NCBI GenBank assembly: GCA_037444405.1 | Contig: JBBIML010000013.1 | Span: forward strand, 52,781 to 116,780 | Length of the DNA: 64,000 bases | Direction of reading: 5' to 3' | DNA from: Armatimonadota bacterium | GTDB taxonomy: Bacteria > Armatimonadota > Fimbriimonadia > Fimbriimonadales > GBS-DC | Shown: one piece after another, positions 28,055-39,869 of the stretch | Position numbering within the stretch: the first letter of the stretch is position 1 | Layout: each line of letters opens with the position of its first letter | The notes under the pieces: model-generated | Databases searched by the model: none | What the model was told of the DNA's origin: nothing | What the model saw: only the letters and a program-made list of their open reading frames with translations | Translations under genes and position numbers: made by a program

Positions 28055-29071
28055 TCAGATCAGCATCTCATCCTCGCCGCCGCGGGACAGCACAATCTCG
28101 CCTGCCTCCTCCAGACGGCGCACGATGCTCACGATTCGCTGTTGCGCCTCCTCCACATTCCGCACGCGCACGGGTCCCATAAACTCGATCTCCTCTTTGA
28201 GCATGTTGACGGCGCGTTCGGACATGTTGCGGAAGATTTTCTCCTTGAGCGCGTCGCTGGCGCCCTTGAGCGCGAGCGCCAGCTCCTTCATGTCCACCTC
28301 TTTCAGAATCTGCTGGATGGAGCGGTCATCCAGCTGGAGCAGGTCTTCGAAGGTGAACATCAGTTTGCGCACCTCTTCTGCCAGCTCGGGGTTCGATTCG
28401 TTGAGCGCGTCGAAAATGGTGCGCTCGGTGTTGCGGTCGACCCACTGCAGAATATCCACGAGCGATTTGACGCCGCCGGCGGCGGTCAATTCATGGCTGG
28501 CGAGGCTGGAGAGTTTGCGTTGCAGCACGGTCTCCACGCGGCGGATGACTTCGGGCGGGGTGCTGCCCATCGTGGCGAGCCGTTCGGCGACTTCGGGGCG
28601 CAGTTCGGGCGGCAGGCTGCTCAACACCGCCGCCGCTGCCTGCGGCTCCAGATATGCCAGCACTAATGCAATCGTTTGCGGGTGTTCGTCCTGCAGGAAG
28701 GTGCTGAGCTGGGCGGGATGCACGCGCTTGATGGAATCGAACGGCAGCATCTGCAGGGCGCGGGTGAGGCGGTTCACAATCTCGCTCGCGCGTTCGGGTC
28801 CGAACGCCTGCTCCAGCAGGGCGCGGGCGTGGTCGATGCCACCCTCCAGCGCGAGGTTCTGCGCCAGACACACCTCATAGAACTCGCGAATGACCTGCTG
28901 ACGCACATCGGCGGGAATGTTGCCCAGTCGAGCAATCTCCAGACTGAGTTCCTCCACTTCGGCTTCGCTCAGATGCGGCAGGATCTGGGCGGCAATCTCT
29001 GTGCCGAGCGCAACCAGCACAATCGCCGCCTTCTGCTTGCCCGTGAGTTTCTTATCCGCTGGCTTCAGCAT
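28055..29071 (-). CDS. fliG: Flagellar motor switch protein FliG
   Basis: QKAAI, EHPQTIA, MFTFEDL, NMSERA and GPVR. Confidence 0.96.
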   Translation of the reverse strand: MLKPADKKLTGKQKAAIVLVALGTEIAAQILPHLSEAEVEELSLEIARLGNIPADVRQQVIREFYEVCLAQNLALEGGIDHARALLEQAFGPERASEIVNRLTRALQMLPFDSIKRVHPAQLSTFLQDEHPQTIALVLAYLEPQAAAAVLSSLPPELRPEVAERLATMGSTPPEVIRRVETVLQRKLSSLASHELTAAGGVKSLVDILQWVDRNTERTIFDALNESNPELAEEVRKLMFTFEDLLQLDDRSIQQILKEVDMKELALALKGASDALKEKIFRNMSERAVNMLKEEIEFMGPVRVRNVEEAQQRIVSIVRRLEEAGEIVLSRGGEDEMLI

Positions 29072-29089
29072 TGCCGTTTCCCAATCGTA

Positions 29090-29112
29090 GTAGCAGGGGC
29101 ATCCTGCCCCTG
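29090..29112. repeat. REP-like hairpin family C with GTAG foot
   Basis: GTAG caggggc atcct gcccctg, perfect 7-bp stem between fliF and fliG. Confidence 0.55.
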
Positions 29113-29158
29113 AAAGGTTGCAGGAGCGACCCCTTTTCACCCCGGCACGCCCTAAAGC

Positions 29159-30820
29159 CTAATCTTTGATCCAGCTCTTGAGCATGGCTGCCACATGCTC
29201 AGGTTTATGCCGGGCGAAGCGCTGGATTTCGACCAGCTCCGGCTGTCTCCGCTCCTGGATGGGTGGAGCAAGCGGTTCATCGAGCGGAATCACATCCTGC
29301 TGGGGCGCGTGTCGGGCAGGGAGGTTGCCTTCGCTGCCCGCGGTTGCGTCCGCCTGTATCGCCATCCAGCCCTCGTCGCCGACGGCGACATCGATGCCGC
29401 CGGTGGCGCCCGGCAGGGCGGCAATCGCTCGTGGTCTGGAGGCAACAGGGCGCTTAATCTGCTTGCCAATCACCCGCGCCAGGAAGAAGAAGACCATCAG
29501 CAGCAGGATGAAGGGCATCAGCTGCCACAGCAGGGCGAGCCGGCGGGCGTTCTCGCGCTCTTTGCGCTGCCGCTCGGCTGCCTGCGCCTGCTGAGTGTCG
29601 AACTTGACCGCCTGCACTGTGACGACGCGCGTGGGGTTGTTCGGCGTCGTGCCGACAGTTGCCTCCAGCCACTGGCGAATGGCGTTCTGGGTCGCCTGTG
29701 GGACGCCCTCATCGATCAGCACGGCGACGCTCAGTCGCTCGATGCGTCCGGGCGCCCGCACGATATGCTCCACCTGCTTGTTCACCTCGTAGTTGCGCAC
29801 GCGGTCTTCGCGGTTGTAGCTGCCGCCGGGCGTGGCGGGCGGTGTGGTGGGGTACATCGGTGTGTCGGCACGGTTGGAGGCGATGCCCGCGGGACCGCCC
29901 GCTGCGGGCACATTGCCATTCAGTCGCTCGACGGAGGAGGTCTCGCTGGTGACGGCGGCGCGGTTCGGGTCGAAAGGCTCCACGCGCTGTGCCTGCACCT
30001 CTTCGCGATCCAGATCAAGTTCTGCCTGCACCACCACACTCGATTTGCCCGTGCCCAGCACGCGGTCTAACTGCTGTTGCAGCAGGCGGCGCAGTTCGTC
30101 GGCGTAGGCGCGTTCTGCCTCGCGACGGGCGCGCACCAGCTCGCTATCGGCAACATCCGAATCGCCGCCGTTCCAGAGCGGTTGCGCCCCGCCGTCCACC
30201 ACCGTCACGCGCTCTGGCTTCAGCCCCTCCACGCTGTGGCACATTAGATGCACGATGCCCCGAATCTGCTCGCGGGTGAGCGTCGCGCCCGGCTTGAGAT
30301 GAACCACCACGCTGGCGGACGGCTCCGCGCGCGAATCGGCGAAAGGCGAATCGTTGCCCGGCGTGATGTGAACCCGTGCGCTCTCGACGGGTTCCAGATG
30401 CTGGATGGTGTTCTGCAGTTCCTCTTCGAGCGCGATGCGCAGGGTGGTCTGCTCCATCGCCTGCGTGAGACCGAAGGGCGTTTTTTCGAGGCGGGCGTAG
30501 CCGGGCGCGCCCGTGCGGGGCAGCCCTTTCGCCGCCAGTTCGAGGCGTGCCTCTTCTGCGCGGCGGCTCTCCACCTCCACGACGCTACCGCCCCCGCTCG
30601 TGCGCACGGCGATGCCCTTCTCCTTGAGCGTCTGCACGACAGCGGCGGAATCGGCGGGGCTAAGCCCCGTGTAGAGCGTGGTGTAGGTGGGCGTGGCTGC
30701 CCAGAAACCAAGCGTTAGAAACAGCACAAGCAGCCCCACCACGCCCCCAACAACGCCCATGCGCGTCGGGCGCGGCGCGTTCGTCCACCAGTCCCGTAGC
30801 TGATTCAGCGCGTTCTGCAT
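29159..30820 (-). CDS. fliF: Flagellar M-ring protein FliF
   Basis: Two TM segments, ARLELA..GLP, ARVHI, PSASV, NYEV and RLSVAV. Confidence 0.93.
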   Translation of the reverse strand: MQNALNQLRDWWTNAPRPTRMGVVGGVVGLLVLFLTLGFWAATPTYTTLYTGLSPADSAAVVQTLKEKGIAVRTSGGGSVVEVESRRAEEARLELAAKGLPRTGAPGYARLEKTPFGLTQAMEQTTLRIALEEELQNTIQHLEPVESARVHITPGNDSPFADSRAEPSASVVVHLKPGATLTREQIRGIVHLMCHSVEGLKPERVTVVDGGAQPLWNGGDSDVADSELVRARREAERAYADELRRLLQQQLDRVLGTGKSSVVVQAELDLDREEVQAQRVEPFDPNRAAVTSETSSVERLNGNVPAAGGPAGIASNRADTPMYPTTPPATPGGSYNREDRVRNYEVNKQVEHIVRAPGRIERLSVAVLIDEGVPQATQNAIRQWLEATVGTTPNNPTRVVTVQAVKFDTQQAQAAERQRKERENARRLALLWQLMPFILLLMVFFFLARVIGKQIKRPVASRPRAIAALPGATGGIDVAVGDEGWMAIQADATAGSEGNLPARHAPQQDVIPLDEPLAPPIQERRQPELVEIQRFARHKPEHVAAMLKSWIKD

Positions 30821-30826
30821 CGTTGA

Positions 30827-31159
30827 TTACACCTGCAGGCGCATGATTTCCTGATAGGCTTCCAGCACCTTGTTGCGCACATGCAGGGTGAGCTGGAAGG
30901 CGAGGTTGGCTCGCTCCATCGCCAGGATGAGCGTGTGTTCGTCGACGGGTTCACCAGCGGCGAACCGCCCTACCAGTTCGCTCGCCCGATTCTGTGCGTC
31001 GGACACCTGCTGGATAATCTCTTTGAACATCTGCCCGAAGTCGGCTTCAGGCGTGGGGTTCAGCTCTACCGCCTCTGGCTCCAGCAGCTGCGGCGGCTCG
31101 ACCTCGCGCATCTCTGGGCGCGGCAAGGGCTTGAACAGGCTGGGACCCTCTATTCGCAT
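30827..31159 (-). CDS. fliE: Flagellar hook-basal body protein FliE
   Basis: VRNKVLEAYQEIMRLQV C-terminus. Confidence 0.93.
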   Translation of the reverse strand: MRIEGPSLFKPLPRPEMREVEPPQLLEPEAVELNPTPEADFGQMFKEIIQQVSDAQNRASELVGRFAAGEPVDEHTLILAMERANLAFQLTLHVRNKVLEAYQEIMRLQV

Positions 31160-31175
31160 AGCAGCTCACCTCGTT

Positions 31176-31583
31176 TCAGACGCGCCCGATGTCCAGCGTG
31201 CGCAGGAACATATTCTTGGCGGCGTTGTAGGCGGTCAGGTTCGCCTCGTAGGCGCGACTGGCAGTGATCAGGTCGACCATCTCGTGGACGATATCGACAT
31301 TCGGGTAGGTTACATAGCCGCTGGCGTCGGCGTCGGGGTGTCCGGGCTGATAGACCATGCGGGGCGGGGTGATGTCGGTGGCGATGCCGACCACGCGCAC
31401 GCCGCCGGGCATCGCGGGCGAGGGTGGGATCGGCTCCAGAATCGCCACCTTGCGACGGTAGACCTCGCCCGTCGCTGAGCGCGTGCTGCTCGCGTTCGCC
31501 AGATTGTCCGCGATAATATCCATCCGCAGTCGCTCGGCGGAGAGACCGCTCGCGCTAACCTTCATCGTGCTGATGAGTCCCAT
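31176..31583 (-). CDS. flgC: Flagellar rod protein FlgC
   Basis: SGLSAERLRMDIIADNLAN, PGHPDA and EMVDLITASRAYEAN. Confidence 0.96.
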   Translation of the reverse strand: MGLISTMKVSASGLSAERLRMDIIADNLANASSTRSATGEVYRRKVAILEPIPPSPAMPGGVRVVGIATDITPPRMVYQPGHPDADASGYVTYPNVDIVHEMVDLITASRAYEANLTAYNAAKNMFLRTLDIGRV

Positions 31584-31604
31584 CGGGTTTCACCTCCAGA
31601 TTCA

Positions 31605-31639
31605 CCTCACCCGTACCCTCTCCCCAGAGGGGAGAGGGG
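31605..31639. repeat. REP-like palindrome family A (half unit)
   Basis: cctcacccgtaccctctccccagaggggagagggg between flgB and flgC. Confidence 0.75.
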
Positions 31640-31652
31640 TTCGGATTGTCTG

Positions 31653-32099
31653 CTATGGTGTTCGTCCGCCGGTGATGGCGTCCAGCAAGCCCCGAATCTG
31701 CCCGCTGGCGATGCGCACCAGCATCGAGTAGCGCAGTTCGTTCTCGGCGAGCGCGACGAGTTCATATTCGGGGTCAACCGTATTGCCGTCGGTGCGCATA
31801 GTGGTGGGGCTGGCGATGGGCATCGCATTCACGCGGCTATCGGGCTGAAGCGGGTTGATGGGTGCTGATGGCACAGGGATGCCGTGCTGGAGCGCCAGCT
31901 CCACCGCGCGATTGCGGGCGCGAGCCAGCACCCCTGCAAAGGGCAGGTCCAGCCGCTGATAGCCCGGTGTGTTCACATTCGCCAGATTACTGGCAAGCAG
32001 CTGCTGGCGGGCGGCGACGTGATCCATCGCCCGCTCCGCCGCCTGCAACACGGGCGTGTCCCAGAATATGCGTTGAACGGTCGGAACCGATGCCGGCAT
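31653..32099 (-). CDS. flgB: Flagellar rod protein FlgB
   Basis: RQQLLASNLANVNTPGY and RTDGNTVD.E; AGGAGG RBS. Confidence 0.93.
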   Translation of the reverse strand: MPASVPTVQRIFWDTPVLQAAERAMDHVAARQQLLASNLANVNTPGYQRLDLPFAGVLARARNRAVELALQHGIPVPSAPINPLQPDSRVNAMPIASPTTMRTDGNTVDPEYELVALAENELRYSMLVRIASGQIRGLLDAITGGRTP

Positions 32100-32158
32100 T
32101 CCATCTTCCTCCTCTCGCGTCCATGCATCCCGATGGCGTTCCCTGCCTCACGCCCCTA

Positions 32159-32186
32159 TTATCGGCGTGGGCGGCAGGTTTATTCA
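32159..32186 (-). promoter_or_regulatory. Putative sigma28 (FliA/SigD) promoter for flgB
   Basis: Perfect -10 GCCGATAA (32166-32159), TGAA 16 nt upstream and TAAA 12 nt upstream. Confidence 0.6.
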
Positions 32187-32207
32187 GGGTATAATCGCGT
32201 GGAAGCC

Positions 32208-33629
32208 ATGCACACGAACGAGTCGGCACGGATGTGGGGCGGGCGGTTTGAAAAGTCGCCCGCGCCCGAAGCGGAAGCCTTCTCGCGCTCGCTCCCCGTC
32301 GATATCCGCCTGTGGCGTCAGGACATTCAGGTGAGCCTCGCGCACGCGCGGATGCTGGGCATTCGCGGCATCATCAGCACGCAGGAGGCGAACCGACTGG
32401 TGGACGCTCTGCTGGAGATTGCGCACGAACTCGAAAGCGGTCAGTGGCAGCCCGACCCGACCTGCGAAGATGTTCACACCGCCATCGAGAACCGCCTCTA
32501 TGAGAAGGTCGGCACGCTCGCGGGCAAGTTGCACACCGCACGCAGCCGCAACGACCAGGTCGCGACCGATACCCGCCTCTATCTGAAGCAGCATCTCGGC
32601 ACGCTGGCAGGCAATCTGATTGGGCTCATCAACACGCTGATAGAGACCGCCCGCCAGCACACGGAGACGGTGATGCCCGGCTTGACTCATCAGCAGCATG
32701 CGCAGCCGGTGTCGTTGGCGCACCATCTGATGGCGCACGCCTGGGCGCTGATGCGCGACCTCGATCGGCTGAGCGACTATACTCTGCGCCTGAAGGTGTG
32801 CCCGCTGGGGGCAGGCGCGCTGGCGGGCACCTCGTTCCCCATCGATCGCGAACTCGTCGCCAGCGAGCTGGAGCTGGATGAACCCGCGCCCAACAGCATG
32901 GACGCCGTGTCGGACCGCGATTTCGTCGCCGAATACCTGTTCATCGCGGCGCTTTTGATGGTTCACCTGTCGCGCCTGGCGCAGGAGCTGATCCTGTGGA
33001 GTACGCCCGAATATGGCTTTGTCGAGCTGGACGACGCCTACACCACGGGCAGTAGCCTGATGCCGCAGAAGAAGAACCCCGATATTGCCGAGTTGATTCG
33101 CGGGCGCAGCGCTCTCACCATCGGCAACCTCACGGCGATGCTCGCCCTGCTCAAAGCCCTGCCGCTCACCTATAATCGCGACCTTCAGGATGACAAAACG
33201 CTGCTGTTCGCCACCGTCGATATTCTGGTGCCCTCCATCCGCCTGATGCGCCAAATGATTGAGACCGCCCGCTGGAACACGGAGCGGATGCGTCAGGCGG
33301 TTCAGGGCGACTTCTCCACCGCAACGGAGTTAGCCGACTATCTGGTGCGCAGGGGCGTGCCGTTCCGCGAGGCGCACCATCTGGTGGGTCAGATTGTGCG
33401 CGATTGCATCCAGCGCGGCACAACGCTGGAACGGCTCACGCTGGACGATTTGAAGCGGTACTCACCGCTGTTTGAGGCAGACGCATTGCAGGCGGTTCAG
33501 CCTGAGTTCGCGCTGCGGGCGCGCACCTCCTATGGCGGTACTGCGCCTGAAGCCGTGCAGGGGCAGATCGAACATGCCGCCGATTATCTGGACTATCTGC
33601 ACGCGGTGCTGAGCGAGCGCCTGCATTAG
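32208..33629 (+). CDS. argH: Argininosuccinate lyase
   Basis: MWGGRF, LHTARSRNDQV and GSSLMPQKKNPD. Confidence 0.96.
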   Translation: MHTNESARMWGGRFEKSPAPEAEAFSRSLPVDIRLWRQDIQVSLAHARMLGIRGIISTQEANRLVDALLEIAHELESGQWQPDPTCEDVHTAIENRLYEKVGTLAGKLHTARSRNDQVATDTRLYLKQHLGTLAGNLIGLINTLIETARQHTETVMPGLTHQQHAQPVSLAHHLMAHAWALMRDLDRLSDYTLRLKVCPLGAGALAGTSFPIDRELVASELELDEPAPNSMDAVSDRDFVAEYLFIAALLMVHLSRLAQELILWSTPEYGFVELDDAYTTGSSLMPQKKNPDIAELIRGRSALTIGNLTAMLALLKALPLTYNRDLQDDKTLLFATVDILVPSIRLMRQMIETARWNTERMRQAVQGDFSTATELADYLVRRGVPFREAHHLVGQIVRDCIQRGTTLERLTLDDLKRYSPLFEADALQAVQPEFALRARTSYGGTAPEAVQGQIEHAADYLDYLHAVLSERLH

Positions 33630-33639
33630 GGCTTCGCGC

Positions 33640-34206
33640 TCACTTTCTGGGCTTCCTTGCCCCGCCCGATGAGCGGGTGATGCCCGATGCGCGGCTCAAC
33701 CGCTGCCACTGCTGCTCGTCCACCTGCTTCACGCTGCCATCCAGAAAAACGACCCATCGCTTCTTCGTGACGGGATCGGGAAACGGCTGATAGAACACTA
33801 CCATCGTGGCGGGATTGCGAATCTGGTCGCGCTTCTTATACGAGAGGCTCTTGTTGAACTGGAACAGGCTGTTAGTGGTGGGGTCATACCAGGTGAGATT
33901 CGTCTTGAGATAGGGCAGCAGCACTCCCTGAAGCCGGGTTGCGCTGGTCATCGGTGGGAGCGTGTCATCGTAATCGGCGCAATACATCCGGATAGCGAGG
34001 AAGAGCTGGCGCAGGCGCCCGTCGGTGGTGCTGGGTACGGCAACGATGGCAGGTGAGCTAACAGGCGGCGTAACGAACCCGCTGGAAACCGACGATGGAC
34101 GCGATTTTGCGATGAAATGCGCGGCTTTGGTGAGCCAGCTGGTCAGAATCACCACCGCGATTACGACGCCGATAATCAGCGGCAGCAGCTCCTTCAATCC
34201 TCGCAC
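33640..34206 (-). CDS. Membrane-anchored pilin-like protein (DUF1559/H-X9-DG-like)
   Basis: N-terminal TM, LRQLFLAIRMY.DYD..LPP helix and C-terminal VVFLDGSVK. Confidence 0.6.
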   Translation of the reverse strand: MRGLKELLPLIIGVVIAVVILTSWLTKAAHFIAKSRPSSVSSGFVTPPVSSPAIVAVPSTTDGRLRQLFLAIRMYCADYDDTLPPMTSATRLQGVLLPYLKTNLTWYDPTTNSLFQFNKSLSYKKRDQIRNPATMVVFYQPFPDPVTKKRWVVFLDGSVKQVDEQQWQRLSRASGITRSSGGARKPRK

Positions 34207-34253
34207 GGTTGCACCTCCAGCGTTATTGAGATACGACGCCTGCTATGCAACTC

Positions 34254-34502
34254 CTACAGCTCGATGCCCTTCTCGCGCAGCAACTGTTTGAGCCGTTGCA
34301 GTTCGGCTTCTGCCTGCTCGGCGCGCTGGCGCTCCTGTTCCGCCCGCTGGCGTTCCTGCTCGACAAGGGTGAGGCTCTGGAGCTGCTGGATAATCTGTTC
34401 GGCGTCGCGGACAACATCAGGGGTGATGGGCGGTCCGTCGTCCAGATCGAACTCTTGCCGCTTCCGCGATTGTGTGCCCGATTTCGCCTTCGCGCGTGGC
34501 AT
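34254..34502 (-). CDS. Small protein with EQERQRA heptad tail
   Basis: EQERQRAEQERQRAEQAEAELQRLKQLLREKGIEL; 21-nt tandem repeat at 34321-34362. Confidence 0.6.
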   Translation of the reverse strand: MPRAKAKSGTQSRKRQEFDLDDGPPITPDVVRDAEQIIQQLQSLTLVEQERQRAEQERQRAEQAEAELQRLKQLLREKGIEL

Positions 34503-34526
34503 GGCGCTCTCTGTATACCTCCCTTC

Positions 34527-37417
<2,891 letters not shown>

Positions 37418-39637
37418 TTAATCAAAAAGGCTCGCCTGATTGCGCGTGTTGATCAGCGTCTGGGGCTTGGGAAACAGCCGATCAAAATCGGGGAACAGCT
37501 CCTCCAGTCGGCAGGCGAACTTGTAGAGCTTTTCCACATAGTGTTCGCGGTCTTCGTCGCCTGCATACTCTTCCAGCAGTCCCAGCGAGCCGTCCTTGCG
37601 CCGATAGACATTGATGTAATCGCCCACCTGAAAGCGTTTTGCCAGCTCATAAAGTGGGTGATGGCTCTGGCGGCTCTTTTCGGTGATGCGCTCGCGGCGG
37701 CACAGGTGTTCGATGGGCAGCTCGCCGTTCAGGATCGCGTTCGCGAGCCGCTTATACTCTTCTGCCACACGCTCCGGCTGACCCTGCAACAGCCACTGAA
37801 TCGCCTGGCTGATAAACTCGCGCCCGAACCGCTCATCGGCACGCGAGCGCAGGGATGCGCCTTTGTAGATGAGCTTGCCGTCGTAGCCCAACAGCACATA
37901 GTTCTTGGTCTTGACCGATAGCATCGCCTGATAGCGCCCGTCATGCACAAGGCGGATGCCCTCGGGCAGTGTGCGGGCGACTTCGGCGATAAACGCCTGT
38001 TCCTGCTCTTCGGTTTCGACCCCTTCGGGCGGCTGGAAGTAGACGCCATCGGTGTCGATCTCAATCACCTTACCGCCGCGCGCCTCAATCTCCGCCGCGA
38101 TCTGCTTCACAATCTCCTGCCCCTTGAGAGTCACGGCTTCGGCGGCGTCGTAGTCGTTGAAGTGGAACGGCCCACCCAGGTAACCGTAATAGCTATTGAT
38201 CAATATTTTAAACGAACCCTGTAAGCCGTCCCAGTAGGCAGATTCGAGTCCGGCGGCGGCTTTGGCGCGCGCTTTGGCGTCCAGTCGCAGCTCGCGCAGT
38301 TTCGCCAGCGTGGGCAGGAACACATTCAGCGTGTCCGCGCTGGGCTTGATGCCGAACTGGAGCATCACGCTGGGGTAGAGGCTTTCCACATCGGCTTTCA
38401 CCACGCGGTTAACCAGCCCGACAACCCGCACTTCGGTGTAGCCACCCGGATACTCGCGCGGGGGTTGCGGCAGGGGGATGGCGTGTCGCGCCTGCAGGTA
38501 GGCGCGCACAAAGATCAGGTTCGCCTTCTCGCCTGTGCCGATGGTCGCCAGATTCTGCAGGGTGTCGGGCACCATCTGGCACTGATAGAACTCGGTGGGC
38601 AGGGTCAGCTCCGCCAGGCGGCGCGTCTCATGCACATCCTGCAGGCAATACTGGCGCACCGTGTCAGGGTCGGTCTGCCAGAGGTGCGGAATCTGCTCGC
38701 GCTCCAGATAGATGCGCTCCTCGAGGGCAAGCCCCAGGCTCTGCGCCGACTCTTTGAGACCGTAGCTTTCCAGCTCGCCGCGCCCGATGTCGAACCGCTG
38801 AACCGCCAGATAGGTATCCAGCAGGTGGCGTCCATGCACGAACGCGGGCTTGAAGGTACGGCTGTTGGCGCCGATAATGCAGCTGCGCGGTGCCCCCACC
38901 CGCAATACGGAGCCATCCCGACCCAGCGCCAGCGGGATGCCATGATACTCCACGCGAGCCACCAGAAACGGGATGTCGAAGCCGAACAGATTGTGCCCCT
39001 CAATCACATCGGGGTCCAGCGACTGGATGCGCTCTACCAGTTGCTCCAGCATGGATGCCTCGTCGCCTTCCAGCAGCTCCTCATAGCCGCGATTGTCGCT
39101 GAGCGCGATCATCAGGATGCGGGCGCCCGGCTGGTCGGGCGTGAGCGTGCTGGTCTCGATGTCGAGCTGAACGCGGTGCAGGTCTTCAAACGCCATCCCC
39201 TTGAAAAGCGTTTTGCCGGTAATCATCAGGTACTGGCGGGCGAAGGAGCCGTAGATCAGCGTGGCGCGATGCTCCTCACGCAGGGCATCGCGCAGGCGTT
39301 CGAAGGCGTCGCGGTCGACACAGCGGGCGAGATAGCACAGGGAGGGGCGCTCTCCGAAATCGCCGCGCAGCTCCTCCCACTCAACGCCGCGCATCGTGAG
39401 AGGCTGATCGCTCAGAAGCCAGGGCTGGAACGGCTCTTTCACGACGCGCAACCGTTCACCCTCGCGAATGTAAAGCCAGATGGCGCTGTCGACGGCTTCG
39501 ACGGCAACGATGCGAGGTGTGGGATCACTGCCGAAGATGAGCGCGCCAACTGGCTCCGCTTCGGCAGCGGCAAGCGGCTCTGCAGATGGCTTCTCACCTG
39601 CGGACAGCGGTTCGTTGATCGGCAGCGTGCCCTGCAT
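37418..39637 (-). CDS. Family B DNA polymerase with 3'-5' exonuclease
   Basis: ExoI DIET, ExoII HNLFGFD, ExoIII YCLQD; polymerase motifs DVESLYPS, KILINSYYG and DTDG. Confidence 0.93.
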   Translation of the reverse strand: MQGTLPINEPLSAGEKPSAEPLAAAEAEPVGALIFGSDPTPRIVAVEAVDSAIWLYIREGERLRVVKEPFQPWLLSDQPLTMRGVEWEELRGDFGERPSLCYLARCVDRDAFERLRDALREEHRATLIYGSFARQYLMITGKTLFKGMAFEDLHRVQLDIETSTLTPDQPGARILMIALSDNRGYEELLEGDEASMLEQLVERIQSLDPDVIEGHNLFGFDIPFLVARVEYHGIPLALGRDGSVLRVGAPRSCIIGANSRTFKPAFVHGRHLLDTYLAVQRFDIGRGELESYGLKESAQSLGLALEERIYLEREQIPHLWQTDPDTVRQYCLQDVHETRRLAELTLPTEFYQCQMVPDTLQNLATIGTGEKANLIFVRAYLQARHAIPLPQPPREYPGGYTEVRVVGLVNRVVKADVESLYPSVMLQFGIKPSADTLNVFLPTLAKLRELRLDAKARAKAAAGLESAYWDGLQGSFKILINSYYGYLGGPFHFNDYDAAEAVTLKGQEIVKQIAAEIEARGGKVIEIDTDGVYFQPPEGVETEEQEQAFIAEVARTLPEGIRLVHDGRYQAMLSVKTKNYVLLGYDGKLIYKGASLRSRADERFGREFISQAIQWLLQGQPERVAEEYKRLANAILNGELPIEHLCRRERITEKSRQSHHPLYELAKRFQVGDYINVYRRKDGSLGLLEEYAGDEDREHYVEKLYKFACRLEELFPDFDRLFPKPQTLINTRNQASLFD

Positions 39638-39738
39638 ATAGCAATAATACCCGACCTGGTGGCTTACAGGCGGGCTACAAACTCATTTTGATTCTACCCC
39701 TGCGTGCCCCATCCACGCGTTGCAATCCCTCAAACGAA

Positions 39739-39862
39739 CTCCCGCTCCCCTCCGGGTTGCGGGTTGGGGTGACAGGTGCAGGATGAGAAGCCCCCTCACC
39801 CGCACCCTCTACCCCTTCAGGGGGAGAGGGGCATTACCTGCCCTTCTCCCAACAGGGTGAGT
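39739..39862. repeat. REP-like palindrome family A cluster (degenerate)
   Basis: ccccctcacccgcaccctctaccccttcagggggagagggg at 39791-39831, with degenerate flanking halves. Confidence 0.7.
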
Positions 39863-39869
39863 GGAACGC

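Noticed and set aside
37418..39637. PolB as a prophage or casposon marker
   Set aside because: No structural, integrase or Cas1 genes nearby, and composition is host-like
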